NCBI GenBank assembly: GCA_951406725.2 | Contig: OX597827.1 | Location: 56,296,001 to 56,360,000, forward strand | Length of the DNA stretch: 64,000 nucleotides | Reading direction: 5' to 3' | Origin: Octopus vulgaris | Lineage: Eukaryota | In this document: positions 24,937-37,086 of the stretch, piece by piece | Layout: each line of letters opens with the position of its first letter | How positions within the stretch are numbered: the stretch's first letter is position 1 | Position numbers and translations under genes: made by a program | Notes under the pieces: model-generated | The model's database searches: none | Told to the model about the DNA's origin: nothing | Seen by the model: only the letters and a program-made list of their open reading frames with translations

Positions 24937-27642
24937 AGGAAACACATGGTCCTAAAAACACTGCTTGAAGAAAAAAATAGATGACCATACAAGAAATAGC
25001 TTTACTCAGTTGAGACTAACTTGTGGCTAAACAACAAAGCATTTTTTCCTGCTGAACATCAGTTAATTAAAATGATCTACTACCACTACTACTAATAATA
25101 ATAAATGCTCTGATGCATTACCAAGCAGTGGCTCTCATGGCTTTTGATCATAACTGATTGAAAGTGTTATCATATACATTGTTTTGTCTTAGTATAAAAG
25201 ATGGGCTACAGCAAATTTTCTGCTCAATACCACAGATTTGCTTGTCAGTTGTTTGACCATAACCAGTTGAGCATGGCCCTTAGTGGCTGATGATACATGC
25301 ATCTCTGATCACAACCAGAAGTGGTGTGTGAGCATCATAGCCACGTGTTGAAAGGAATTCTTTGGGGTTTGAATAATTCACCTTTGGAAACATGGGTGTT
25401 TTGTTCAATATCCTTAAACAACCCTTATTCAGGGAAAATTCTAACTGAGCCCCAGCTGCAAGGTCATGTGCTGTGTATCTTATATGAGACCACCATGTCA
25501 TGCACATATGGTTGTGATGCATGTGCCTGATATACTCTTATCAGACGAGTTGTCATGATAGGTATATTGGGCTTATATATATGTCATGATAGGTATATTA
25601 GGCCTATATATCAAGGCGGCGAGCTGGCAGAAGCGTTAGCACACTGGGTGAAATGCTTTGCGGTATTTCGTCTGCCGTTACGTTGTGAGTTCAAATTCCG
25701 CCGAGGTCGACTTTGCCTTTCATCCTTTCGGGGTCGATAAATTAAGCACCAGTTACGCACTGGGGTCGATGTAATCGACTTAATACCTATGTCTGTCCTT
25801 GTTTGTCCCCTCTATGTTTAGCCCCTTGTGGGTAATAAAGAAATAGGTATATTGGGCTTTGTATATTTTACGTGTCATTTTGATGGCATGCACTACTCTC
25901 TCATTCAATAATAATAATACAACAGCAAAGAATATAAGTTCAAACTCTGCTATTTGCATTTCCCTAAAACTTATCTGATCTAGTTAGCACTTCTACTTGA
26001 TGGCTGTGGTGACTGATATTAAAAAAAGACCTTTCAGCTGTAATAATCTTACTAATAATAAATGCAAACATTTGAATTTTATATTTATTCAAAGCCATGC
26101 CAAGGTAGAAAACAGACACAAAATGGTAAGTTGGGAGTGAGAGAGTGTATAGCCATTATTCATTCTTAATTATTTCTAAAATACTATGTACAAAAAGAAA
26201 TGTACATCTATTTCTAAAAATCAAAAAAAAAAAATCATGTTTTTACAAACACACACAAGAAAAAAAGACAGACATAGAAAGAAAGAAAGAAAGAAAAATA
26301 TAAATGCTTAGCTCTCAAAACATCACCAAAGTACAGTAAGCTTTAACCCTTTCGTTACTAACACGGTTGAAACCGGCTCTGGCTCTGTTGTACAAATGTC
26401 TTGTTTTCATAAGTTTTGTATTAAAATCTTCCACCAAACCTTAGTCACAATTAATGTTCCTAGCACTAGATTAATGATAACTAAGTTATTTTACTAAATT
26501 CTTTGTTATATTTAAAATAATTGAGAGAAAAACAGAGAATCTCAAAATAAATACAGTAATGAAAGGGTTAATTTAACTCTAAAAGTAAATTCTTTAAATT
26601 TAAAAAGCGAACAGGAGAATGGTTGGAAACAGGATTGACTCTTAGGCCCAAAATTTTCTACCCGTTTAATGTTTAAACTGATCAGATCTGACCTCTCATA
26701 CCTATCCAACAATGTGATTAAATACATAAACAATCACACCATTGAAATCTCAAAGCTACAACACAATGCATGATTAATTCAAATCAATGTGAATAAATAT
26801 ATATTATATCTGACAGGTTAAGCTGAATGCCAAAGGGTTAAGCAAAACACCATTAAATGACAACCAATCTAAATCCTTACAGTTTTAAAAGAGTAAATAA
26901 AATTAAATTTGTATCTTCACTCATTAAAAAGTGGAAAGAGAGCTTAACTCAAAAGCAAACTTTTGTTTTATAATTCTTCCAATATCTAGATCTAAGCATA
27001 ACTAGATTAGACTACAATTTATATTGCTAAATATTTTCCAAACCACATGGTCCTGGGTTCAGTCCCACTATGTGGCACCTTGGATAAGTGCCTTCTACTA
27101 TAGCCTTGGGCTGACCAAATCCCTGTGAGTGGATTTGGTAGACAGAAACTGAAAGAAGCCCATCATATATAGATATGCATATATATAGTGTGCGTGTCTT
27201 TGCGTCTGTGCTTGCTCTCACAGCATTTAGTGGTTTGACAAAATAGAATGAGAACTAGCCTTTAAAACAAAAAGTCTTGGGTTTGATTTGTTTGACTAAA
27301 ACTCTTCAAGGCAATGCCCCAGCATGGCCACAGTCAAATTACTGAAACAAGTAAAAGATAAACGATATAAGATATTACATGAAACTAGCCAATATTATTA
27401 ACAGGAATTTCTCAGACTCAGGGAGATAAAAGTAGTATATTTTGAGTAGTCAAAAGAAAGAAACTGCACTCAAAACTCTTTCCATTTAGACACTGAAATA
27501 AGAGTTGACGGATATTCAGAAAGTTTAAAGTAAAATTAATCTCGAGGCTGTTGGAGTAAACAGGAAACAAGTCTCCAAAGCACCACAAAGGGACTAACAA
27601 TTATTTAAAAGAATAATGTTACAAGAATTTCATTCAACTTAC

Positions 27643-27705
27643 TTCAGATTCCTTTTTTTTAGCACCGTGATTATCTTTTTTTGTCTTTTTCACTGGTTTC
27701 TTACT
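27643..27705 (-). CDS. spp27: UAF30/Spp27-like protein, coding exon (SKKPVKKTKKDNHGAKKKESE)
   Basis: tacAG acceptor, GAA|GTaagt donor, 63 nt, phase 0/0, Lys-rich linker. Confidence 0.8.
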
Positions 27706-28265
27706 CTGTAAGCCAAACAAAGTATTTAATCTTAGAAACAATAAAGGAGAAAAAAAGGAATTAGATAATCAATAAAGAGAGCAAAACATTTTTCTTGTGC
27801 AAATATTGGAAAAACAATGATAGAAGCCAGCTCATTCAGAGGAAAATTATTCTATAGAAACAAAGCAAATACTTGAATTATTTCTTTTTATTCTAGATAA
27901 CCAGATAATAATCACACACACATACACACACCCAATCTGCAATTCAGAGGAAGACAGATCTCAATGACTAAGCTTTCAAGACATCCCTCTCAGTATTAGA
28001 TCCATAGAAAGGTTGCAATTACAGTTTTGAAATTCTTGATGCTAATATTTTGACATAGCGCTGCCTTGACTGGTTTCCATGCCGGTGGCACGTAAAATGC
28101 ACCAATCCGATTGCGGCCGTTGCCAGCCTCGCCTGGCACGTAAAAAGCACCCACAACACTCATGGAGTGGTTGGTGTTTAGGAAGGGCATCCAGCAGTAG
28201 AAACACTGCCAGATCAGACTGGAGCCTGAATGTACATAGTTCAAACTGGTATCTTTAATACAGGT

Positions 28266-28600
28266 AGGTGGTTCTCAACCATTTTTTTAAAAATTTTACC
28301 TAAGGGCCCCTTTGATTCTTATTTTATTCTGGTGAACCTCCAAAGCCATTCAATGTTTCTAGATATTTCTTTCAAAATTCCTATTTTGCTTTCCACACGT
28401 TAACTTGTGTAGGCTGAACTATGTAAAACATTAGAGAAAGAAACCTAGCTGTTTCTTGCAATAAATACATCAAAAGCAAAATGTTTCCATAGACCCTTAA
28501 TATACAACTGTGGGTACCCAATTTACTGCTTTGCTTGCACAGACCCCAAAAATCTTATATGGACCCAAGGGGTCATACGGTCCCTGGTTGAGAATCCCTG
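28266..28600. mobile_element. Second copy of the same hAT MITE
   Basis: Collinear similarity to 21048-21384; ends ggttgagaatccctg. Confidence 0.75.
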
Positions 28601-29059
28601 ATGTAGATCAATTTGGTAAACATGCATTCATCATAAATTTTCAAGGAGCACAAAACATTTCATCAACTGCAAGATCTTAATATTTTTCTACATTACACAC
28701 TTAAATTTTTAAAATTCATTGACTAGTTATTTAGAATAATTATAAATAGTAACCAACAGCTAAGAACTATTGAGTATTTTTGAGCTTCAAGAGGCTAGCA
28801 TATGTTTTTCACAACTTTACAATAGTGTTCCATAAATTATTTGCTTGAAACTTGTTTCTACACAAATTTGTCAACAACAGTTTACAATCGCATAACTGTA
28901 AAGTAGAATCCAATGTCAATGAAACAGAATCAAGAAGGAGCACAACAATAGCTGTACTTAACCTCATGTGGTCACAGCTGTTTGATTAGTAGAGCAGTAC
29001 TTTAGTCTAACAGCCATGTTATAATAAAAAAAAAAGTAAAGAAAAATGCTTCTACTAAC

Positions 29060-29107
29060 CTTTGATGATTGTTTAACTCGCGACTTTTTTCGTGGAGGAC
29101 TCATTGA
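29060..29107 (-). CDS. spp27: UAF30/Spp27-like protein, coding exon (SMSPPRKKSRVKQSSK)
   Basis: ttctAG acceptor, AAG|GTtagt donor, 48 nt, phase 0/0, NLS-like PPRKKSR. Confidence 0.8.
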
Positions 29108-29333
29108 CTAGAATTTTTTTTTAAAGAATTAAAAAAAAAGAACAAAACATATCATGAATTCCTTAATTAAATGTAAAGTCTAGATGTAGTAGATAAATAA
29201 AAGGAGTGTTAAGGTATTTCAACCTTTCATGAAGATTTAAATAACAGGGAAAATAAATTATTTAAAAAACAAGGATATTATTTAAATAATTAGTTCCAAA
29301 TGAGAATTAGAGACTGGTATAGATTTTACTCAT

Positions 29334-29558
29334 TTACCCTTTAGCATTTAATCTGGCCATATCCAGACCAAATAGTCTACATGTTCTATGATAAAACTGA
29401 CCAGATCCTGACTCTCACACCTATCCTACAATATCATTCTAAAAATATACAAACACACATTTGAAATCTTGAAGCTACAAGATAATGCACGATTAATTCA
29501 AAATGATGTGAAGAAATAAGCATCACATTTGACAGTAATTTGAATGTTAAAGGGTTAA
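29334..29558. mobile_element. piggyBac-like MITE family 2 (TIR CCCTTTAGCATT)
   Basis: Ends aatgttaaagggttaa. Related copies at about 830-970, 26670-26841, 32347-32580, 35329-35566, 37968-38173, 55750-55964 and 57485-57701. Confidence 0.7.
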
Positions 29559-31044
29559 GACCTGACCAAAATGTCATGTCATATTTATGAGCAATGGGAA
29601 ATAGGAGCTGTAACATGCTTTCCTAAGGAAATTGAGAGAAACAGGCAAAACAGTTCCAGCAGATAACAGAAACAAAAGTAATGTCTAAATTCAGTCTGTC
29701 ACACAGCTGATTTCTCTCAACTAGGCACTAAGTTTAAATTTATAGAGCAGCTAGTATGTTAATGGTATTTTTAATTTATCAATAACCAGAATAAGTTTGC
29801 TTCCCAATCATGTGGTTTTGATTTCAGTACCACTGTGAAGCATGTTAGGTGTCTTCGACTATAGCCCTAAGGCAACTAAAGCTTTGTGAGTCAATTTGGT
29901 AGAGGAAAACAGAGAGAGAGAAGCACAACTTTTATATTTGAGTTCAGCAAAAACTGTGGCATTGTTGCTTCTCCTGTCAACAAACTGCCTTCCACTTCAC
30001 ACATTGGAAGACATGTGGAATAATAGGTAAGTGTTGGCGACAGGAAGGGCATTGGATGTAGTATGGAAAAACAGACATAAAGCAAATAAACAAATGATTT
30101 CCACCCACCCCTCTTAATAGGTGATGGATGTGCTGGTGGTTTCTCTCACCCACTTCTTCCTTGACTGTATGTAGAAGTTACTGCTCATTGCTATATAGTT
30201 CCTGACTTGTCGACCACAAGTCCACTGAAGACAAATTGTCCAGCTTCCTAACAATGACTATTTCACCAAGCCCTATTTATCATCGGAGCTTTGTGCTGTG
30301 TATATTAAACTACTTGCACAAAGAATCTACTTTTACTTTAAAAAGAAAAAGAGTGCAAACTTCATGGCTGCACCAATTCAAGGATATGTAACATGCATCA
30401 CTCAGTACACATTTAATTCAAAGTATCCTTAACCAGAGATGCTGCTCTCTCTCTCTTAGACTTAACCCTTTTGATACCAACCCAGCTGAAACCGCCTCTG
30501 GCTCTGTAGTTCAAATGTTTTGTTTTCCGTAAGTTTTGAATTAAAATCTTCTACCAAACTTTAGTCACAATTTATGTTCCTGACACTAGCTTAATGATTA
30601 CTAAGTTATTTTAATAAATTCTTTGTTATATTTAAAATTAATTGAAAGAAACGCAGAGCATCTCAACAGAAATATGGTAACGAATGGGTTAAGTAACTTC
30701 TTGGGAAAGTCTTATTGGCTATACACAGACTGGCCAACAACTTTGTTGCATATGACTGGGAACAAATTACACCTAGCTATAATGGGAGGTGAATTTAGTG
30801 GAGAACACTTAAGGAGCACAGAGAGAAGCAAAGATGAAGGGGAAAGTTATACAGAAACTAAAACAGATTAGTAGCGTGAACTGGAAAATTAGATCACATA
30901 AATAGCTCACACATATAGAGGCCAACAAAGGAGCCTCAGCACAGCCATTCAACCTGCTGGAAGTAGTACCAAATTTTACTGAAATCATGCTCTACTATTT
31001 TAAATACAGAAGAGATATTTTGGATAATGTAGTCAGAGATATTT

Positions 31045-31254
31045 GGGGGGGGCCAAAAAGTCCCTGGCTTTAAGGGTATTGCCAAAGGCCTGGTTTGAAG
31101 CCCAACCTTCTAAGTTCTTTTTACAGGGTTTAGAAAAACTGAAGATCCACAGTGTGTGAATCTGAGAAGGGAATATGTTAAATAAAATCATAATTAACAG
31201 ACCCTCCTGTATTTTGTTTTACTCAAAGCCAGGAACTTTTCAGCACCCCCTCAT
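31045..31254 (+). mobile_element. Non-autonomous mariner-like MITE
   Basis: TIRs gggggggccaaaaagtccctggcttt / aaagccaggaacttttcagcaccccctc. The interior carries a mariner C-terminal remnant (FLQGLEKL...CVNLRREYVK-stop). Confidence 0.7.
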
Positions 31255-31377
31255 CTAAAAAGACAGGATGGTCATGGGCTGGAATATTTGATCAAGGATA
31301 ACTTAAACATAACACATACAAAGACATGAATTCATACACTGATACATAAACAAAGAAGAAAGGAAAAAAAGAGATAC

Positions 31378-31666
31378 CCTAGATTCTGGTTCTGAATTAT
31401 CTGAAGGTTTATCTTCTTCATCGTCGGACTGGTCACTGAGACCATTGCTCGTAGACTTTCCTTTTGGAGACAGCCGACTGTCGTTGTCAGCTTCATCTGA
31501 AGACGACTCACCATCTTCTTCATCCTCCTCATCTTCATCTCCTCCACCATCATCATCGTCATCCTCATCTTCCTGTTGACTGTCATCATCTTCTTGTTTA
31601 TCTGCTTCTTGTTCCTCTTCATCTTCACTTATCAAATCCATGAGTATTTTATCTATTTCTTTTTTC
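31378..31666 (-). CDS. spp27: UAF30/Spp27-like (DEK-C + SWIB) protein, coding exon: last DEK-C helix plus acidic tract
   Basis: Acceptor tttttcAG|G, donor AGG|GTatct. Encodes (R)KKEIDKILMDLISEDEEEQEADKQEDDD...SEPESR. 'RKKEIDKILMDLI' resembles the last DEK-C helix. Phase 2 in, phase 0 out. Confidence 0.9.
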
Positions 31667-32859
31667 CTGAAAAATAAATAAATAAATGGATATTCTAACT
31701 GAAAATACTGTCTACAATTATGTTCTCAAAACCTTACACCAACATTAAGTGATGTTACCAGTCCCACCACATCCCTATCACTGTGCATCCAGTACATCTT
31801 TTCACATTATTTGAAATAAGAGTTGTTCCTATGAAAAAAAACATCTCCAACAGCTCACTTAAGAATATGTGAAAACTAAAATATGCTGCAGCCTTGGAGT
31901 CAATATCAAACATCTGAAGCAGGAAGCAGCACAATCCTATACACAACACCTGTATGCTACATCTACTAAAACTGCAATATTTTATCAAATTCAGAGTGGC
32001 TCAATTTTTTTCAATTCACTACTGCTTTGGCTTACTTTCTATACCAGTCATGGGAAAACTGAGGTCCATGAGACATCCTGAATTGCATGTCTAACAAAAA
32101 ATTACCTTGAAATTTTTTTAGCAATGTAGCCCATCTGATGATGCGCCAGGTCTCATGCAGCCTACTTCTCAAAAGAGGCTGTCCATGCCTGCTCAATACC
32201 TTATCTTCAGTGTGCAGCTAATGTATTGCACAAGTTCCTACCAAAGCACATGACACTACCAAAGATTAATAACGACACACGAAATTCCAAAGTGGCAATA
32301 TTAGCACAAATGTCCACTCAGGAATGTTTGGGCTCACAATGTCCCCTTAACCCTTTAGCATTCATATTTTTGTTGAAGACGACTCACCATACTTCTTCAT
32401 CCTCCTCATCTTAATCCTCCACCATTAATCATCGTCATTACCTCATAGCTTTGAGATTTTGATGACATGATTGTTTATTGTGTTTAATGTGAGAAGCCAG
32501 AATTGACTGGTTTGCATATAAAACAAGAATAAATAAATGGATATTGGCTAACTGAAAATACTGTCTACAATTATGGTTAAGCAATTCCAATACAAGATGG
32601 TAGTGTCTACTTTCAAAAACCAATCTAGGGGCTCCATAAAACTGCTTCCAGTAAAAGCAAAAGCAATTTGTTTGAGAATAAAGTAGCATCTATATGGTCA
32701 TTGTCCCTGTGTAAAATATCAACTAAATTTTCCTAAAAATAACACCCTATCATCTTGGAAAAGGGAAAATAAGACAAAATAATCCTGCTTGATTGGGGTT
32801 CAACTAAAAGAACAACAAAAGTGCTTTAGAATTATATAATTGCTCAACTGGAACTTACT

Positions 32860-33870
32860 GTTATTAATCCCAAAAGGATGAAAGGCAAGGTGAACCTCAG
32901 TGGAATTTGAACTCAGAACATAAAAATTGAGGAATTGTTGCTAAGTATTTTGTCCAATGTGTTAATAATTCAGTCAGCTCATTGCCTTAATAATAAGGAT
33001 TTCAAATTTTGAGACAAGGCCAACAATTTCAGGGGCAAAGTTAAGTCAATAACATCAACACCAGTTCTCAACTGGTACTTCATTTTTTTTTTTTTTATCC
33101 CAAAAGGATGAAAGGCAAAAATTGACCTTGGCAAAATTTGAACTCGGGACATTTTGCCCAGCATGCGAATGATTCTGCCAGCTCGCCACCTTAATAATAA
33201 TCCTTTCTGTTAAAGGCACAAGGCCTGAAATTTGAGGAGAGGGGTAAGTTGATTACATCAACCCTAGTGCATAACTGGTACTTATTTCATTGACCCTGAA
33301 AGGCAAAGTCAACCTTGGTAGAATTTGAACTCAGAACACGAAGACAAATAAAATACCACTAAATATTTTGCCCGACATGCTAACGATTCTGCCAGCTCCC
33401 CACCATTAATAATAATAATAATAGTAGTAGAAATCTTGAGTAATTAGAGAGTGACTATGACCTATTAGGCAATACAAAAGACAGCTGGTTTAGTCCGTGT
33501 TGAGTAAACCTAACTGATTGGAATTGCTGAAGAATTTGTCTAAAGGTATTTAAATGAATGACTAGCACAGGAAAATATGTGGAGGAGGAAATAGCAAGAA
33601 TATCAACAATGTGAAATCAACTGTCCCAAGAGAACAATACTGAATTAAGAAATTATTTAAAATTTTAGCACAAGGCCAGCAATTTTATGGGGAAGGGATT
33701 AGTTGATTACATTGACCCCAGTGCTCAACTGGTCCTTATTTTACTAACCCTGAATGGATGGAAGGCAAAGGAGACCTTGGCAGAATTTGAACTCAGAATG
33801 TAAAGTTTCAGAAGAAGAAATGCTGCTAAGCATTTTGTTGAATTCACTAATCATTCTGCAAGCCCACCAG
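32860..33870 (-). mobile_element. Cluster of four SINE-A copies in reverse orientation
   Basis: Repeated ggatgaaaggcaa.gt.gacct.gg..gaatttgaactcagaa motifs at about 32875, 33105, 33300 and 33755. Confidence 0.8.
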
Positions 33871-35149
33871 TAACTGAGTTAAGAAATAATGAAATCTACA
33901 GTTTTGACTAAAAGAGATTTGCTCAAATAGCAAGTAAACCAATGAAAATTTCAAGTTTTAAGATGATTATTTCTCATTATATCAAATTGTACATAGTTGA
34001 GGATAAGCGAGAACGCAAGAAAAAAAAAATGAAAGAGTGGCTATACACAGGATAATGATAGAGTATATACATACAGAGAAAGGTGGAGTGCATGAGAAAA
34101 TGAAGAACTGAATGCATGCACACTCAAGAAGGGAGATTACAAGAGAGGCAAGTAGAGGTAGATACACCAGAAGAGTGTGTGCATGCCTGCTAGAGAGAGT
34201 GGACAGGCATGTGAAAGAATACATGTGAGAAGGGAGGGTTAGTGCAAGTGAAAGATAAAATCTGCATGCCGGTCGGGGCAAAGGAATACAAGTCAGTATG
34301 GATATCAGAGTAAGTAAATGTGTAAATAGTATCTAGTAATACATCAGTGGGCATTACAATGGTTATATATAGGGAGGGGAGATGGTATAGCAAACTAAAG
34401 CAGGACAGATACACACATACATATATGAAGTAATGACATTTCTTAGTCCATTGTCTCATTTGCCAAACTAGAAGCCTTCCTTTTACTTAATAATCTGATA
34501 ATTGTGTGACTAGATATTTGCTTGATACAAATGAGTATTGGTGTGTGACTAAGAAATTAATTTTGTAACAACATGGTTCTTAGATCAATCTCACTTTACA
34601 GCACTACCAACAAGTGGTTTCTACCTTAGCATGGGCTATGCAATGCCTTACAAGAGAAATTTGGTAAATGGAAACTGTGTACAAGTCCATAATATATATA
34701 TTTATACACACACGTGTATCTTTTGCTGAAAGATGTAAACATTGGCAAGGGAATTCTGCACAAATGCAGTGAAAACTGCTCATGAAATATGTAAAAAAGT
34801 TTTACTTGTTTGGTAGTAGAGAGGAGATGCTGACACTAGAGAGAGATATTAAGGTATATATATTCCACTACAAGCAATCCTAGATGCTTTGATTGTAAGT
34901 AGATTGAATACGCAGTTAAAAACCCCAAGGAAAACATACAACAAACTACTTTCCTGTTCAGGGACAAGTTTATTTCATTGGCTGAGTATTATTAGAGGAA
35001 ATACAACTAAATAGTAGTCCTATGAAGATTTTTTGTTTACATGCGTTCGTGTACATTGATGTATAAAATCACAAGGCCAGTACTTAATTCAGTAGCAGAA
35101 CTTTCCAAACTAGTGAAACAAAAGATGATTTTTTTCAATGCCATCAGAA

Positions 35150-35312
35150 TCAGTGTTAGTGGTATTTAACACAGTACAAAGATCAATGGGGACAGGTAGT
35201 CCCTTGGAAGATGCCCCTCCTGATTTCTACTGTCTCTAAACTTTTTCCGTATGCTGTCAGGTCCATCTTCCAATTCGCCATACTTTTTCCAAGCAATTGC
35301 TCAACAGGTGTA
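35150..35312 (-). mobile_element. R4/Dong-like non-LTR RT fragment
   Basis: LLGKSMANWKMDLTAYGKSLETVEIRRGIFQG..(frameshift)..SPLIFVLC: the RGIFQGDxLSPLxF motif. Confidence 0.6.
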
Positions 35313-35594
35313 ATTTTTGCATATATGTTTAACCCATTTGCATTCAAATTACTCCATCACATTGTTTTAAATTAACCATGCATCGTCTCATAGCTTCATA
35401 AATTAGCCATGCATCGTCTCATAGCTTCAAGATTTCAATGATGAGATTGTTTATTCTTAGAATGACATTGTAGGGGAGGTGCGAGAGGCTGGATCTGGCT
35501 GGTTTGCACATAAAACAGATAGAATATTTGGGCTGGATATGGTTGGTTTGAATACTAAAGGATTAAAGATGAAGGAGCAATTTTTTTGTACAAA

Positions 35595-35675
35595 CCTTAA
35601 CACAAGTCTGGAAGGTAAGATGCCTTAACACAAGTCTGGAAGGTAAGATGCCTTAACACAAGTCTGGAAGGTAAG
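35595..35675 (+). repeat. 28-bp tandem repeat x2.9 (ccttaacacaagtctggaaggtaagatg)
   Basis: Identical units at 35595, 35623 and 35651 (the last is 25 nt). Confidence 0.95.
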
Positions 35676-37034
35676 GATCAAGACTAAGCTAATATATTAA
35701 TTTTGATTTTCTTTTTTTATAAACATTCACAGATCCTGAGGCATTTGCCCTGCTGACAGATTCTTAGTTAGGGATGAGTATAATATACAAACACATACAG
35801 TGACAAGCAGAATAATATATAGGCATTAGTAGCATAAATCATCTCTCCAGAAAAACATGCAAATATCTGAAGATATGAGAAAGTCATTAATTATACAGTG
35901 TCAATAGCTGAGAAAAGGGAAGAGTGGAGATGGATAGAGAGCTCAGAACTGAGCAGCTCATCTCCATCTACCTTAAACAAGTCACGGAGAAAAGATATTG
36001 TAAAAAAAGCCCCAGATCAGTTAAGTTACAAATATACATCTATTCCAGTTTGGCAACTTGACAAAATTCGTTTTGCATCAACATTTCTAACAAGTAAAAT
36101 AAAGAATAAGTAGCAACCGAAAGGAATAAAAGTATGTTGTGTTTACAAGTTAGAAGAGAGATAGTGGTGTAACCTGCTTCAACCACTGAGTGTGTATATG
36201 TGATGTCACACCTGTCAACTTTCAGGTTGGTATTGTTGTATATCCACACAAAAACACTAAAATGTAAATGCATTTGTTGTTTGGTCCTGCTTTAACAATA
36301 GATACAGAAATGGAACAGAATTTGGATACACACAATCACAATTTCAGTTTAGATTAACACCTTGCATAATATAGCTATCATTATCACTTTAATACTCACA
36401 TCAAATTAAGGAAGGGAGCTAGCAGAATTATTAGCATGCCACTAAGCATTTTGTCCATTTGTAGTTCAAATGTTGCCAAGATTACCTTTCATCCTGTTGA
36501 GCACTGGGGTTGATATAACTGACTTACCCCACCCTCACCCAAACTTGCTGGCCTTGTGCCAAAATTTGAAACAAATATTCACATCATATCAGCTTGGGTT
36601 AAATAGATTTGCAATATAGTATAACTTCACCTGTCTTGATTCTGTCATTTACTATTTCCAATGAGGTTTATTCAGTCTAATGTTTTCAGACCATGCTTGC
36701 CTTTTTGGCTGGCTTCTGGTGACCTGTACCCTATCACAAGGGTATCAAATGTAGGGCTCACAAGAATGCTTATTGTTCAGTATCCCCACTCCCAGTTCAA
36801 TTTTATGTATATATATATATATATATATATAAAACGCTTATTAATTTTAAAGTATTCCATAAAATATACACTGGCTAGCAAGCATTCAGAGTTAGAGCCC
36901 AACAAATGCTGTGATTAAAACTAGTTCCAATAAGTCAAACCAATGCACCTAAGGAAATCTTCTATATTAAACAAATGAAAAGAAACTTATGAATCCATAT
37001 ACTTAAAAGATGTAGCTTATTTCTCCTTTAGTGT

Positions 37035-37086
<52 letters not shown>

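Noticed and set aside
31332-31628. Met/Lys-rich 98-aa ORF
   Set aside because: Alternative frame of the GAT/GAA-rich acidic exon.
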